Positions 1 to 10,309 of a stretch of DNA of 64,000 nt are shown piece by piece; the first letter of the stretch is position 1; every line of letters begins with the position of its first letter. The translations under genes were made by a program, and so were the position numbers. The stretch lies in the NCBI GenBank assembly GCA_000146465.1, contig CP001948.1, one strand, 5' to 3'. A model generated the notes under the pieces. It was not told where the DNA came from. It made no database searches and saw nothing but the letters and a program-made list of their open reading frames with translations.

Positions 1-1
1 C

Positions 2-1378
2 GAAGAAATAGAAGAACTAAGGAAAAAGCACATCTTAAGAATGTACGACGACAATCCTCTTGAAATACAAGCCAAAGAGCCTTATCCGACTATTCATCAG
101 GACGACATCCTCCCAACACTCTGCTATTTGATGGGTGTTCCAATTCCAAAGATGTCTTGTGGTAACTTCATACACGAGCTTGTACACGATGTAAATGCAT
201 ATCAAACCTACTACAAGCAAAAATGCAGTGTGCTTGGAATTGAGCCACGAGAAGTTCCCAAAGAAACTAATGAATATGCCAAGCTGAACTATAAGTTAAG
301 CGAGGAAATATCTCGGAAATTTGCAGGGAGAAATTATTTCAGGTTAATTATTTCTGCAATACTTTCTGTGGTAATAGCACTAGCCGTTATATTCAAGCTT
401 TTCAGCTCGAAGTTCTACAAGTTCAACGACATTCTTCTGTTGTTTGTTTTCATAATGACTGCACATTCTGTACTATCCATAGTTCATGAGGATTTGTTCT
501 GGGCTGTTACGTTCTTTATTTCGAATCCTTCGGCTAAGAATCTTCTTGGTGTGGTAATTCTTTTACAGATGGTAAGACCTCCATCAAATGCAGATCCTTT
601 TTATGTCCTGGTTATGGAGAGACTCAAGCTTTCTCCGATATTCAATGGAAATCTTCTCTTTATCCTTGAGTTGTGCTTGTTTGGAATCCTCAACAGCACA
701 GCACACTTTGAGCTAGCTCCCCGGTTTTTCTCTAGCAGTATTTTCGAGATTTTCAATAGTCATCCGCATATCTTTATTTCTCTCCTCAGATATCTGTTTG
801 GAAGTGGATTGGATTCTGCATCATGGAGACTCAGCTTATTTCTATCATCCCCCAGCATTGATACCTTAATAGCCCTGGTATTCAGGCCGATGGAGTCCAT
901 ATATCTTATCTATATCATCAGAAATTTAGATATTGAAAACAGCGTTACCGCTTACTTCTCGCTTACGAATATGGCCTTCTTCTCATCAGGACTACAGAAA
1001 TTGTTTCAATCTATTAACTACAGTGTATTCTTCACGTTTTCAGGTAACTTCCTTACTTTGCCTGTCGCCTTGATTGCCATACTATACTTTGTGTGTCCAA
1101 GACTCCGGGCCATACAGTTGTTTATGTCCCATCGAGATAAGACAGGCTCTTCAAAAGGGAAGAAAAGACATCTAAGAGATTTTCAGTCCTCCGTAAAGGA
1201 AATATTCATGTTTCATAGCCTCAATTTATTACTAGTGATGTGGTCAGGATATACCATTTGTGAGTCGCTTTCATTCTACAAATTCCTTGGAATTCGTGCA
1301 TTCTTTGAGTATATCTACTATTTTATAGATATCGCTTTGTTCTCCGTTCTTGGAATAATTAAAAGAAGGCTTAATTGA
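2..1378 (+). CDS. GPI ethanolamine-phosphate transferase (PIG-O/PIG-G/PIG-N, Gpi13/Gpi7/Mcd4 family), C-terminal part; the 5' end lies upstream of the window
   Basis: The frame is open from nt 2. The motif 'DDILPTLCYLMGVPIPKMSCGNF' matches the conserved family motif that follows the sulfatase-like domain. It is followed by about 10 predicted transmembrane helices, as in the polytopic C-termini of this family. Confidence 0.5.
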   Translation, partial: EEIEELRKKHILRMYDDNPLEIQAKEPYPTIHQDDILPTLCYLMGVPIPKMSCGNFIHELVHDVNAYQTYYKQKCSVLGIEPREVPKETNEYAKLNYKLSEEISRKFAGRNYFRLIISAILSVVIALAVIFKLFSSKFYKFNDILLLFVFIMTAHSVLSIVHEDLFWAVTFFISNPSAKNLLGVVILLQMVRPPSNADPFYVLVMERLKLSPIFNGNLLFILELCLFGILNSTAHFELAPRFFSSSIFEIFNSHPHIFISLLRYLFGSGLDSASWRLSLFLSSPSIDTLIALVFRPMESIYLIYIIRNLDIENSVTAYFSLTNMAFFSSGLQKLFQSINYSVFFTFSGNFLTLPVALIAILYFVCPRLRAIQLFMSHRDKTGSSKGKKRHLRDFQSSVKEIFMFHSLNLLLVMWSGYTICESLSFYKFLGIRAFFEYIYYFIDIALFSVLGIIKRRLN

Positions 1379-1396
1379 TGTAATCCCATCCAAAGT

Positions 1397-2491
1397 CTAT
1401 TTCTTTCTTCTAAAAAGAGCTATGAAGAACCCGGTGGCTCCATTGTCGTCTCTCCTGCATCTTATTACATTCCGACTAAATGGAAACTCTGAAGGACAGC
1501 TAGGGCCCCAGAACATGCTTATATCTTCTAGCTCATATTCAGAATCCTTTAGGATTTCTTCCACCACTTCCTCTCCTTCTTCTTTGTGGTTGGAACATAC
1601 AGAGTACATAAGCTTTTCAGGCTTGAATTTTAAAGCATGCTTAACAATGCCCACTTGAAATGATTTAAGGCCTTCTATTCGCTCCTTGTCCATTTTATAC
1701 CCAAAATGCATTCCAGATCCTGAACAACTTGGATCACATAGAATATATCGGATGTCTTTGAAATCTTCCGGATTGGTCTTCATAAAGTCCTCTTCTATAA
1801 CATCCGTATTGTTTACTCCTAATCTTTCTAATCGGATTTTAAGTGTCTTTGCCCTAGCTTTATCTCTCTCAAAAGCGTATATCTTACCTGTATTCTTCAT
1901 GATCATTGCCAACTGCGATGTTTTGTTTCCGGGTGCAGAGCATGTATCTATAACTCTGGATCCTTCATCGGGATTAAGTATGTGTGCAGGAAGGCAAGAC
2001 GAAATATTTTGGATCAAAAACTTACCATTCTTATATTCCTCAGAGAAAACAATATCTTTAGAGTCCAGGATTTTATACACTCCATCAATACATGTCTTTT
2101 CGTGTTTTAGAAAATCTATGTCCTTCTCTGTACCATTCTTTAATGGATTGATCCTTATAAACACAGATGGCTTCGTCAACTTTAGCTTTCTTCCATCGAG
2201 AGCTTTTTTAAACTTCTTGTACATCCTGGTATTTTTCAATCGCCTGTCTAATATCTCGAAACATTTCACCACTCCTAATTCCTGATCTTCTTCCATGTAC
2301 TTACATTTCTTTATCACCTCAAGCAACAAGTCATAATTCTCAACCACCATATGCACCAGTCTGTGGTACATCTTCGGGTCCTTTGTCTTATAAACTTCAC
2401 TCTTAATCGTCGATCGGCCTTCTAGTACGTTTCTTACCATTTCAACACATTTTTCATCGAACTTCGACTTGCTATTTTCTTTCTTTTCCAT
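1397..2491 (-). CDS. NOL1/NOP2/Sun-family rRNA (cytosine-C5) methyltransferase (NSUN5/Rcm1-like)
   Basis: AdoMet/catalytic motifs 'DTCSAPGNKTSQLA' and 'CDPSCSGSG' are present and the size is about 365 aa. The track start at 2509 is TTG, so the start was moved to ATG at 2491. Confidence 0.75.
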   Translation of the reverse strand: MEKKENSKSKFDEKCVEMVRNVLEGRSTIKSEVYKTKDPKMYHRLVHMVVENYDLLLEVIKKCKYMEEDQELGVVKCFEILDRRLKNTRMYKKFKKALDGRKLKLTKPSVFIRINPLKNGTEKDIDFLKHEKTCIDGVYKILDSKDIVFSEEYKNGKFLIQNISSCLPAHILNPDEGSRVIDTCSAPGNKTSQLAMIMKNTGKIYAFERDKARAKTLKIRLERLGVNNTDVIEEDFMKTNPEDFKDIRYILCDPSCSGSGMHFGYKMDKERIEGLKSFQVGIVKHALKFKPEKLMYSVCSNHKEEGEEVVEEILKDSEYELEDISMFWGPSCPSEFPFSRNVIRCRRDDNGATGFFIALFRRKK

Positions 2492-2586
2492 CCCTAGGAT
2501 CCAATCCAAAAATAATTAAGACCTAAGAGAAATTATTTATTTAATCCTGATGTCATAACTCTAGTGTACATCCACTACGGTTCTTT

Positions 2587-3522
<936 letters not shown>

Positions 3523-3631
3523 TTATTTTGGCCATCATCTCGAAAACTCTAGAAACCAACAGATTTTCCAGAAAGGAAAGGAGAAATTACTATGATACAA
3601 CCAGGACAGCTTAAGAATTTAATGTTTGGAG

Positions 3632-4675
3632 TTACAAAATCTGCTTGCAAGCAGAAATAGTTTCGGAATTCTCACAAGGGAAACTTTCCACATGACATTT
3701 CCGCGCGCGAATTCTTCTTCCTCCAAAAAAACGTCCATTAAGAATGTTAAAAGCGTGCCTGGCTTCATCTTCCGTGGAATAAAGGCAGTATACGGCAACT
3801 TCCTCTTTCTTATGTACTCCAAATTCTACAACATCTCCATACTTTTTCATCTCATTCTCCATTTCTTGATCAAAATCGTCATCTGCATCATTTATGTCTA
3901 TCAGGTTTCTCAAAACAACCATTTTTCCTTTGCCAAATATAGCACTTTCAATTCTCTTCTTTATCTCAAACACCTCCTTGGGAATTGCAAAGTAGTTTTT
4001 TTCTGGTAGCTCCATTTTGGTCACACAAGGCCCTATTCTTATTCTTTTTCCATAGAGAATAATCTTGTTACTGTATCCCAAAGCTCTTTTTGCATCGATC
4101 CGTCTCAGAAACTCCACATATCCATATCCTTTGTGAATAAATGAAGATCCATAGGCAAGTCTTACTTCCTTAATTTCCCCCATCTTTCCAAAGATATCTT
4201 CTAGTTGTTCCTCTTCAATATCCAGGTCTATGTTTGATATATAAACAATGACTTCATTTGGAGGCCCAAGTTCCTTTGGGATCTCCGATGGAAACGTAGA
4301 GGTTCTTCCGGCCTTTAGGGTTTTCCCATTAAAGCTTACTCCATTGATCTCCGCTATGCACAAATAAGCTGCATGTGGATTGTCGAAGTCTGCAAACACA
4401 CATTCCTTGTTTCCTATGCATGTCACAGATACTGGCCCAAAAACGCTGAGAAGATCCTGGATAGAGCTTCTGGATCCTGTAAAATTTCCTATGTACACTT
4501 TGTTAAGGAGTCTACTGTCGAACTTTGAAGCCTTGATGCCCTCGTTTGGGATAACCCATCTATTGTATTCTACTACACTTCTGTATGCTGTGTCCAGTTT
4601 CCCAAGCTCGTTCTTTTTGGTATTGGATACTTCTTCTATGTCTTGGAGGAGCTTCTCGTCCTTTACAATTATCAT
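3632..4675 (-). CDS. U2AF65/PUF60-like splicing factor with two RRMs and a C-terminal UHM
   Basis: RNP motifs ('KVYIGNF', 'YGYVEF') and a C-terminal UHM-like RRM ('MVVLRNL…FNILNGRFFGGRRIRA'). The track ORF runs to 4933 and would overlap the separase start head-to-head, so the start was moved to the internal ATG (MIIVKDEK…). Confidence 0.5.
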   Translation of the reverse strand: MIIVKDEKLLQDIEEVSNTKKNELGKLDTAYRSVVEYNRWVIPNEGIKASKFDSRLLNKVYIGNFTGSRSSIQDLLSVFGPVSVTCIGNKECVFADFDNPHAAYLCIAEINGVSFNGKTLKAGRTSTFPSEIPKELGPPNEVIVYISNIDLDIEEEQLEDIFGKMGEIKEVRLAYGSSFIHKGYGYVEFLRRIDAKRALGYSNKIILYGKRIRIGPCVTKMELPEKNYFAIPKEVFEIKKRIESAIFGKGKMVVLRNLIDINDADDDFDQEMENEMKKYGDVVEFGVHKKEEVAVYCLYSTEDEARHAFNILNGRFFGGRRIRARKCHVESFPCENSETISACKQIL

Positions 4676-4702
4676 TCTGGGCCTGAGGCCGTATAGCTTT
4701 CT

Positions 4703-7066
4703 ATGAAAATGAATAAATTCAAGTTCCAACTCCTTGGCATAATGCTGAGCAACCATCAAGAAGAGTTCCTTGAGAAAATTAGATTTAAAGGCAAGGGAAA
4801 TCCTCGTCGAGCTACATGGATAAAAAGAGGAACAGAGGCAATAAAAGCGATTAACAGCATACTCAGAGCACCTACACATGACTTGGCCCTCTTTGGGTTG
4901 GAAATAGTCAAATGTCTGTATATGTACGAACATATCCTTGGGATTCCAAGATACTCATTAGACAAGGCTCTTGTAAGCCTCTGCAGTAAAGTGTTTTTAG
5001 AAGAGATTTATAATGAAATTGAAAGAAGGATCCAGTTACATCTTGAAAAGATGCTCAATAAGGAAATACACTCAATCGACGAGTGCATGAGTTACCTAAG
5101 TAGTCACAGGTCCTCACTGGATGAAATAATTGTTGGGTATCTCATGATAAGATACAGGGTGTATAAGGAATATAAAAAAGAGACATATTGCATTGTTGAA
5201 AGAGTTGATTCAAAGCTAAAAGTTAAGGCAAGGAAGGCATTCGGCTTTTTAGTTGATGGATGTAGAACTTGCTTTTTAGAGTCTAAGGTTAAAGAGCTTC
5301 TAGCTCAAAGAATACACACAGAATTTATAATTGCAAAGAGAGAAGAGATCTCCCATGACCTTACCAAAGATGAGATAGAGTACATAAGAGAAAACTATCC
5401 CCTTGTATCTTGCTTTTACAATATTCCAGAAGATATAGGTGTGCCCTATCTACGCTTAAGAAAGAGCTTTGACGTCAGATACTTTGTAGATGTTTTTTGC
5501 TGGAATGGATTTGTTGAAAGCATCGAGACCTTCTACGGAGCACACGAGGAAAAGCTCCTCGACACAGCTTTTTTAAGGGGTCTGTGCTTCCAGATGTGCA
5601 TAGATAGAAAGTACAATCTGAACTTGATGGAGAAGTTTATAGATAGATCTACATCTTTTGAGAAAGCATTTATGGAAGGCTATAGAAAAGTGGTGTTCCA
5701 GGAATACAAAACTGCCAAGGAAAGATTCAGAATGGTTCTAGAAATTATCAGGGACTTAAGACTAGGCATTGTTCCGGAGATTCAACTCTGGGTGTACGAT
5801 CTTCTTTCCATGTGCCACATGTTTTGTGGGGAATACTTCGAAAGTGTGTTCTATCTGAACAAGGGAATTGAACTGTCTCACAGGTATCAGCTAGGATTCG
5901 TTTCTTTGCATTTTCTCAATTGCAAATTCATAGTGGAGAGAATAGGAGGCATACAAGGGCCCTTCCCAAAAATTAGACTGGACCTGGAAGAAACAATCAA
6001 CTCTCGGTTTGTTATTGAAAGCGAGCAGAAAGCGATAAATAACAGGATTCTTACAAACCTTCTGCTCAAAGATGACATGAGTAATCTCAGAGAAATGAGA
6101 ACTCTCGAAATATTTGCAATGTTCAAGCCTTCCACTCTTTATAAAGACATAGAAAGAACACTAAGCCGTTTAAAAAAGTTCACGGTTGTATCTCTATATT
6201 CGATAGATGGATGCCTGTTTATCAATGACTTTAGAGGATTTGTAAAGGTAGATAGGGGGTTTGGAGACACTAAGGTAAAGATGAATGAGATATTGGCCAA
6301 ATCCAGAAACGTTCTCAAGGGAAATGTAACTAGCGACCTAGACAAGGCAAGATGGTGGATGGAAAGAATGGAACTGGACACACAATTGGGAGAAATCCTC
6401 CGCAGCGTAGGAGATAAGTTTGATAGGCTCTCAATTGGAAAGGATGTAATTCTGGTTTTGGATGAAACCACAACAGAGTTTCCATTTGAATCAATCCCTG
6501 CTTTTAAGGGTAAAAGTGTGTACAGAGTTCCCTCTCTAGAATACTTAGAGGATGTTCCTGGACTTGAGATAGATAGGAAGTCATTTTTCTACCTTTTGGA
6601 TCCGGAAAACAACCTCTTCAAGACTCGGGAAAGAATATCCGGCTTTCTTAGATCTTCGGGAATAAAAAATGGAATCACAGGAAGGCCTCCTTCAGACCTA
6701 GAATGCAAAGAAGCCGATGGTTACGACGTACTGCTTTATTTTGGACACGGAAGCGGACTTAAATATCTGAAGGTTTCTGGAGAGGGGAAGATTATGTTTT
6801 TATTTGGATGTAACAGTGCCAAGCTTTTGTGTGTAGAGAATTATAAGAGAAATGGGTCCATTCTAAAACATCTTAGGAGGAATTCAATGATAGTCGGATG
6901 TCTCTGGGAAGTCACCGATAAAGACATCGACAATTTTAGTGTCAAGGTTATTGAGAGCCTGATAAACGGGTCTACTAATATTGGCGAGGTAGTTTCTAGG
7001 TTTCGTGATGAATTTAAGCTGAGGTATCTGAACGGTGCCTCTGTAGTTATTTATGGCTTTCGCTAA
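4703..7066 (+). CDS. Separase (Esp1, peptidase C50), reduced size
   Basis: C-terminal caspase-like catalytic dyad context 'LLYFGHGSG…' and 'FLFGCNSAKL'. It is 787 aa against more than 1500 aa in most eukaryotes. Confidence 0.6.
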   Translation: MKMNKFKFQLLGIMLSNHQEEFLEKIRFKGKGNPRRATWIKRGTEAIKAINSILRAPTHDLALFGLEIVKCLYMYEHILGIPRYSLDKALVSLCSKVFLEEIYNEIERRIQLHLEKMLNKEIHSIDECMSYLSSHRSSLDEIIVGYLMIRYRVYKEYKKETYCIVERVDSKLKVKARKAFGFLVDGCRTCFLESKVKELLAQRIHTEFIIAKREEISHDLTKDEIEYIRENYPLVSCFYNIPEDIGVPYLRLRKSFDVRYFVDVFCWNGFVESIETFYGAHEEKLLDTAFLRGLCFQMCIDRKYNLNLMEKFIDRSTSFEKAFMEGYRKVVFQEYKTAKERFRMVLEIIRDLRLGIVPEIQLWVYDLLSMCHMFCGEYFESVFYLNKGIELSHRYQLGFVSLHFLNCKFIVERIGGIQGPFPKIRLDLEETINSRFVIESEQKAINNRILTNLLLKDDMSNLREMRTLEIFAMFKPSTLYKDIERTLSRLKKFTVVSLYSIDGCLFINDFRGFVKVDRGFGDTKVKMNEILAKSRNVLKGNVTSDLDKARWWMERMELDTQLGEILRSVGDKFDRLSIGKDVILVLDETTTEFPFESIPAFKGKSVYRVPSLEYLEDVPGLEIDRKSFFYLLDPENNLFKTRERISGFLRSSGIKNGITGRPPSDLECKEADGYDVLLYFGHGSGLKYLKVSGEGKIMFLFGCNSAKLLCVENYKRNGSILKHLRRNSMIVGCLWEVTDKDIDNFSVKVIESLINGSTNIGEVVSRFRDEFKLRYLNGASVVIYGFR

Positions 7067-7115
7067 AGCTCAAACCCTCAAGGAAGCTATTAATTCTTGC
7101 AGTAAAGAACCCAAG

Positions 7116-7442
7116 ATGTCTTGGTATCATATTCAGGACAAAAGGCTTAAGCTGGCGATTAAGGCCAAGCCAAATGCTAGATGCACTCAAGTAAGAGAAA
7201 TAACAGATACGGAGATTGTTGTAAATGTAAGGTGATCAAATTAATTTTAGGTAAATGCACCACCGACAGATAATAAAGCTAATAAGGAGCTGGTAGAGTT
7301 TGTTGGTAAGATGCTTAAAGTCCCGAAGTCTTCGGTTAAGGTAGTGGTAGGTGCTAGTAGTACCAATAAAACTATTGTGGTGAGCGCTTGGGAAGGAGAT
7401 GAAGAGAATCTGAAAGCAGCTGTGAATAAAATGCTAGAGTAG
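7116..7442 (+). CDS. DUF167/YggU-family (UPF0235) protein encoded in two exons (7116..7226 and 7251..7442)
   Basis: Exon 1 reads '…LKLAIKAKPNA…TEIVVNV' and exon 2 reads 'NAPPTDNKANKELVEFVGKMLKVPKSSVKVVVGASSTNKTIVV…'. Joined, they reproduce the YggU consensus '…kVaitApPvdGkAN..lvkfLak.l.v.ks.v.i..G..sr.K.i.i'. The track ORF 7053..7235 ends at a stop that lies inside the proposed intron. Confidence 0.6.
7227..7250 (+). other. Putative spliceosomal intron of 24 nt (alternative 5' site at 7221 gives a 30-nt in-frame intron)
   Basis: The sequence GTAAGGtgatcaaATTAATtttAG has a canonical GTAAG 5' site, a branch-like TTAAT and a 3' AG. Removing it restores the frame and the conserved 'VNAPPxDxKAN' motif. 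Confidence 0.55.
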
Positions 7443-7484
7443 AGATCTGCCATGAATCCATATGGTACTTTAATTTGGATAAAA

Positions 7485-8303
7485 TCAATCGTCTGGCCTT
7501 CCATGATGCTTTACAATAAATGGATGATTTAAAGCTTCGGCAAGCCTCATTCTGTCACTGGGATTTAACATAAGAAGCTTAGAGATAAAGTCCGAGGCAT
7601 TGGAGCTGATTGTTTCTGGAATCGAGTATTTCAATGAGTTGATTTTCTTGTAAGCCTCTCTCATGTTCCTGTTCTTGCTTTCAAATGGTGTTTTCCCTAT
7701 GAGGAACTCGTATGTTAAGATTCCCAAGCACCACAAGTCTATTCCAGAGTCGTGTATGCTGTTGTTGACCATTTCTGGCGCAAGATACTCCATTGTACCG
7801 CAGAAGGTCATTCTCCTCTTATCGGCATTGTAGACCGCCCATCCAAAGTCTCCTATCTTGAGGAGGTTATCCGATCCAAGAAGTAAGTTCTCTGGCTTTA
7901 TGTCTCTGTGTATCACATTGCATTCCTTCATGTACATCAGAGCCAGTATCACCTGTCTTATGTATAGGGAGGCCTCTTTCTCTCCAAACTTGCCTCCCTT
8001 CTCGCTCAGGAACTTGAAGAACTCCCCCTTTCCTGCATACTCTAATATCAGGTATATGTTATCCTTGTCGTGGAAGTGTCCATACATCCTAAGGATGTTC
8101 GGATGCTTCAGATTGGAATGTATTTCTATTTCTCTCCGGATTTGCCTTGCTGTCTCAGCCGTTTGGATCTCCTTAATTGGAATGATTTTCAAAGCAACTA
8201 TAAACCCTTTTTCTTTCTCTCTTGCAAGCCACACCTGCCCGAACTTTCCACGCCCAAGTAACCTTCCTATTTCAAACTTATCCAGAGTCCAATATTCTAC
8301 CAT
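7485..8303 (-). CDS. Aurora/Ipl1 serine-threonine kinase
   Basis: Motifs 'GRGKFGQVWLAREK', 'HRDIKPENLLL', 'DFGWA' and 'GTMEYLAPE' in a 272-aa kinase-only protein. Confidence 0.85.
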   Translation of the reverse strand: MVEYWTLDKFEIGRLLGRGKFGQVWLAREKEKGFIVALKIIPIKEIQTAETARQIRREIEIHSNLKHPNILRMYGHFHDKDNIYLILEYAGKGEFFKFLSEKGGKFGEKEASLYIRQVILALMYMKECNVIHRDIKPENLLLGSDNLLKIGDFGWAVYNADKRRMTFCGTMEYLAPEMVNNSIHDSGIDLWCLGILTYEFLIGKTPFESKNRNMREAYKKINSLKYSIPETISSNASDFISKLLMLNPSDRMRLAEALNHPFIVKHHGRPDD

Positions 8304-8310
8304 CCCAGGG
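8304..8310 (-). promoter_or_regulatory. The same CCC-type motif (ccctggg on the minus strand) immediately 5' of the Aurora kinase ATG
   Basis: The same arrangement appears upstream of the RING gene (3496-3507), Snu13 (22288-22300), the DnaJ gene (56957-56966) and P0 (63805-63815). Confidence 0.3.
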
Positions 8311-8345
8311 TCTTCAAGGGAAATATTTATAAGAACTTGCGTTTG

Positions 8346-9062
8346 TCACGAGCTCAGAAGAGCATTAAGGACAGAATATATGATTGTCTCTCGTCTAGAT
8401 CCATATGTTCTTTTAACCATGTATTTCTCTTTTATCCTGCTTATATGGGCACTAGATGCCGCTGCCTCCTTCTCTGTCATGCAGATGAGTATACTGTCTA
8501 TTGCCGAGCAAAATGTTAGGCACACAACAAGAGCTTCTGCTCTGTAGTCTATCTCTTTGCTACAGGTTAGATATTCCTTTATGTAATTTATCAACTCTAT
8601 CCTTATGTTGTAATCACTCATAGTAATCTTATTGAATATCAAGTTCTTATTTTCGACTCTACATATCCGTCTTTCTTCAAGATCCTTATAAACTCTTAGT
8701 CTGACATTTTTCATATGAACACTTCCTCCTCTTTTTTCTCCGTTGAGCCTGTACATGAGTTCGTCAGGAGGTAGCTGGACCTGATAAATCTTGCTCATCG
8801 CCTCTAGCAGAAGTGAATTGTTTAATGTATTGTCTTTCCCCACCACTCTGCCTTCTTTTAAGCCTATTGCTCCGCAAAGGGCAAGCTCAATCACTATGCA
8901 GGCCCTCAAAGACAAGGAAACGCGGTTGCATAGGAACTTAATCTCACTTCTTGTCCGAAGTAAAATTACAAGTTGCTCATATAGTCTAAGAGAGCCTTTT
9001 GTTTCTATATGTTGAGAATGCTCACGTTTCCGTGTTGACATTGATTCCATCCAGGGCCCCAT
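8346..9062 (-). CDS. GOLPH3/Vps74 (GPP34) family Golgi phosphoprotein
   Basis: 'LRACIVIELALCGAIGLKEGR' matches the GOLPH3 motif 'LRGCMLIELALRGRL'. The protein is about 240 aa. Confidence 0.55.
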   Translation of the reverse strand: MGPWMESMSTRKREHSQHIETKGSLRLYEQLVILLRTRSEIKFLCNRVSLSLRACIVIELALCGAIGLKEGRVVGKDNTLNNSLLLEAMSKIYQVQLPPDELMYRLNGEKRGGSVHMKNVRLRVYKDLEERRICRVENKNLIFNKITMSDYNIRIELINYIKEYLTCSKEIDYRAEALVVCLTFCSAIDSILICMTEKEAAASSAHISRIKEKYMVKRTYGSRRETIIYSVLNALLSS

Positions 9063-9182
9063 TGGTTGTGATTATTGTTGTAGACTGGTTGGTTTTGAAG
9101 TAGCCAATTGCAATGCTTCTAAACACCATTAGGCACAGAACCTTATCCTTGAAATTCCTTTTGCTCTACGAGCTCCTTAGAA

Positions 9183-10295
9183 ATGCCAAAGACCCCAGAG
9201 CTCAAAAGATTGACTGTGTATGATATCCAGAGGATCTTATGCTGGGCATTTAATCTGGCCAAGAGACCTTCATTTCTCCCCTTAAAGGCAAGCGATCGCC
9301 CAAGCACAATAAATATCATTAAACTAGAAGAGACTCCAGAAAGCATCTCAAAGCTTTTGTCAAAACTCAAGATAGAGCATATTGCACTTGTGAACGAGCG
9401 GTTGCCATTGAATAGCATTGTAGAATGTATTCAAAGAGATGGAGGATACGATAGTATTGTCCCATCTCTTGAATATGTAAGAATGGAGAATCTAAAGTTC
9501 ATTCCTATGGTAAGATTTGAAGACATATGTTCCTCAGGAATATTCGTCGATGATAAGAGATCCTTGCTGGAAATCGATCCAAGTAAATATAGAAGGGCTC
9601 GTATACCTAGCTCCTATGATATAATCGCACTGGATATAGAAAAGGTCAAAACACAGAGGGGAAAGGATCCAGGAAGAATAACAATGGTTGATTCTAATGG
9701 AAACGCTGTCTACGACAAAATAATCAAGCCAAAAGAACCTATACTAGATTATCTAACCAGATACAGTGGTTTGACAAAAGAGATAATCGATAAGGGAATT
9801 GATGTTGAAGTTGTCCGAAACGAAATTTTCGACTTTATTGGTACAAACACTGTGATTGTAGGGCATGGGATTGAAAACGACTTGAGTTCCCTAGAGTTGT
9901 ATCACAACAAAATAATAGATACGGCACATCTGTTCCTGAATCCATCTGGAAGAAAGATATCTCTTGCACAACTAGCAAAAATATATCTTTCCAAGGACAT
10001 CCACGCAGAAACACATGACTCAAGGATAGATGCAACCACTTGTCTTGAACTTCTTTCGATGAAAGTACAATACATGCTCAGGATAACAGATCCAGAAAGT
10101 CCAAAACTAAAACTACAGGCAAAAACAAAAAGAAGATGCATTCTCGACATCTTAAAGCATAACAGAGGATATCTTAACATAACAGCTTGTAGCTACCGGG
10201 ACTTGGCCAAATCCTTGAGATCCTACAAGAAGACCAAAGAATGTCTCTGGATGTTAATCTACGAGATTGATAATAATGTCTACCTAAGCTTCTAA
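9183..10295 (+). CDS. DEDDh 3'-5' RNA exonuclease (REX/REXO family)
   Basis: Exo III motif 'VGHGIENDLSSL…IDTAHLF' with upstream DEDD acidic motifs. Confidence 0.7.
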   Translation: MPKTPELKRLTVYDIQRILCWAFNLAKRPSFLPLKASDRPSTINIIKLEETPESISKLLSKLKIEHIALVNERLPLNSIVECIQRDGGYDSIVPSLEYVRMENLKFIPMVRFEDICSSGIFVDDKRSLLEIDPSKYRRARIPSSYDIIALDIEKVKTQRGKDPGRITMVDSNGNAVYDKIIKPKEPILDYLTRYSGLTKEIIDKGIDVEVVRNEIFDFIGTNTVIVGHGIENDLSSLELYHNKIIDTAHLFLNPSGRKISLAQLAKIYLSKDIHAETHDSRIDATTCLELLSMKVQYMLRITDPESPKLKLQAKTKRRCILDILKHNRGYLNITACSYRDLAKSLRSYKKTKECLWMLIYEIDNNVYLSF

Positions 10296-10309
10296 TACAT
10301 CTTTATTTA

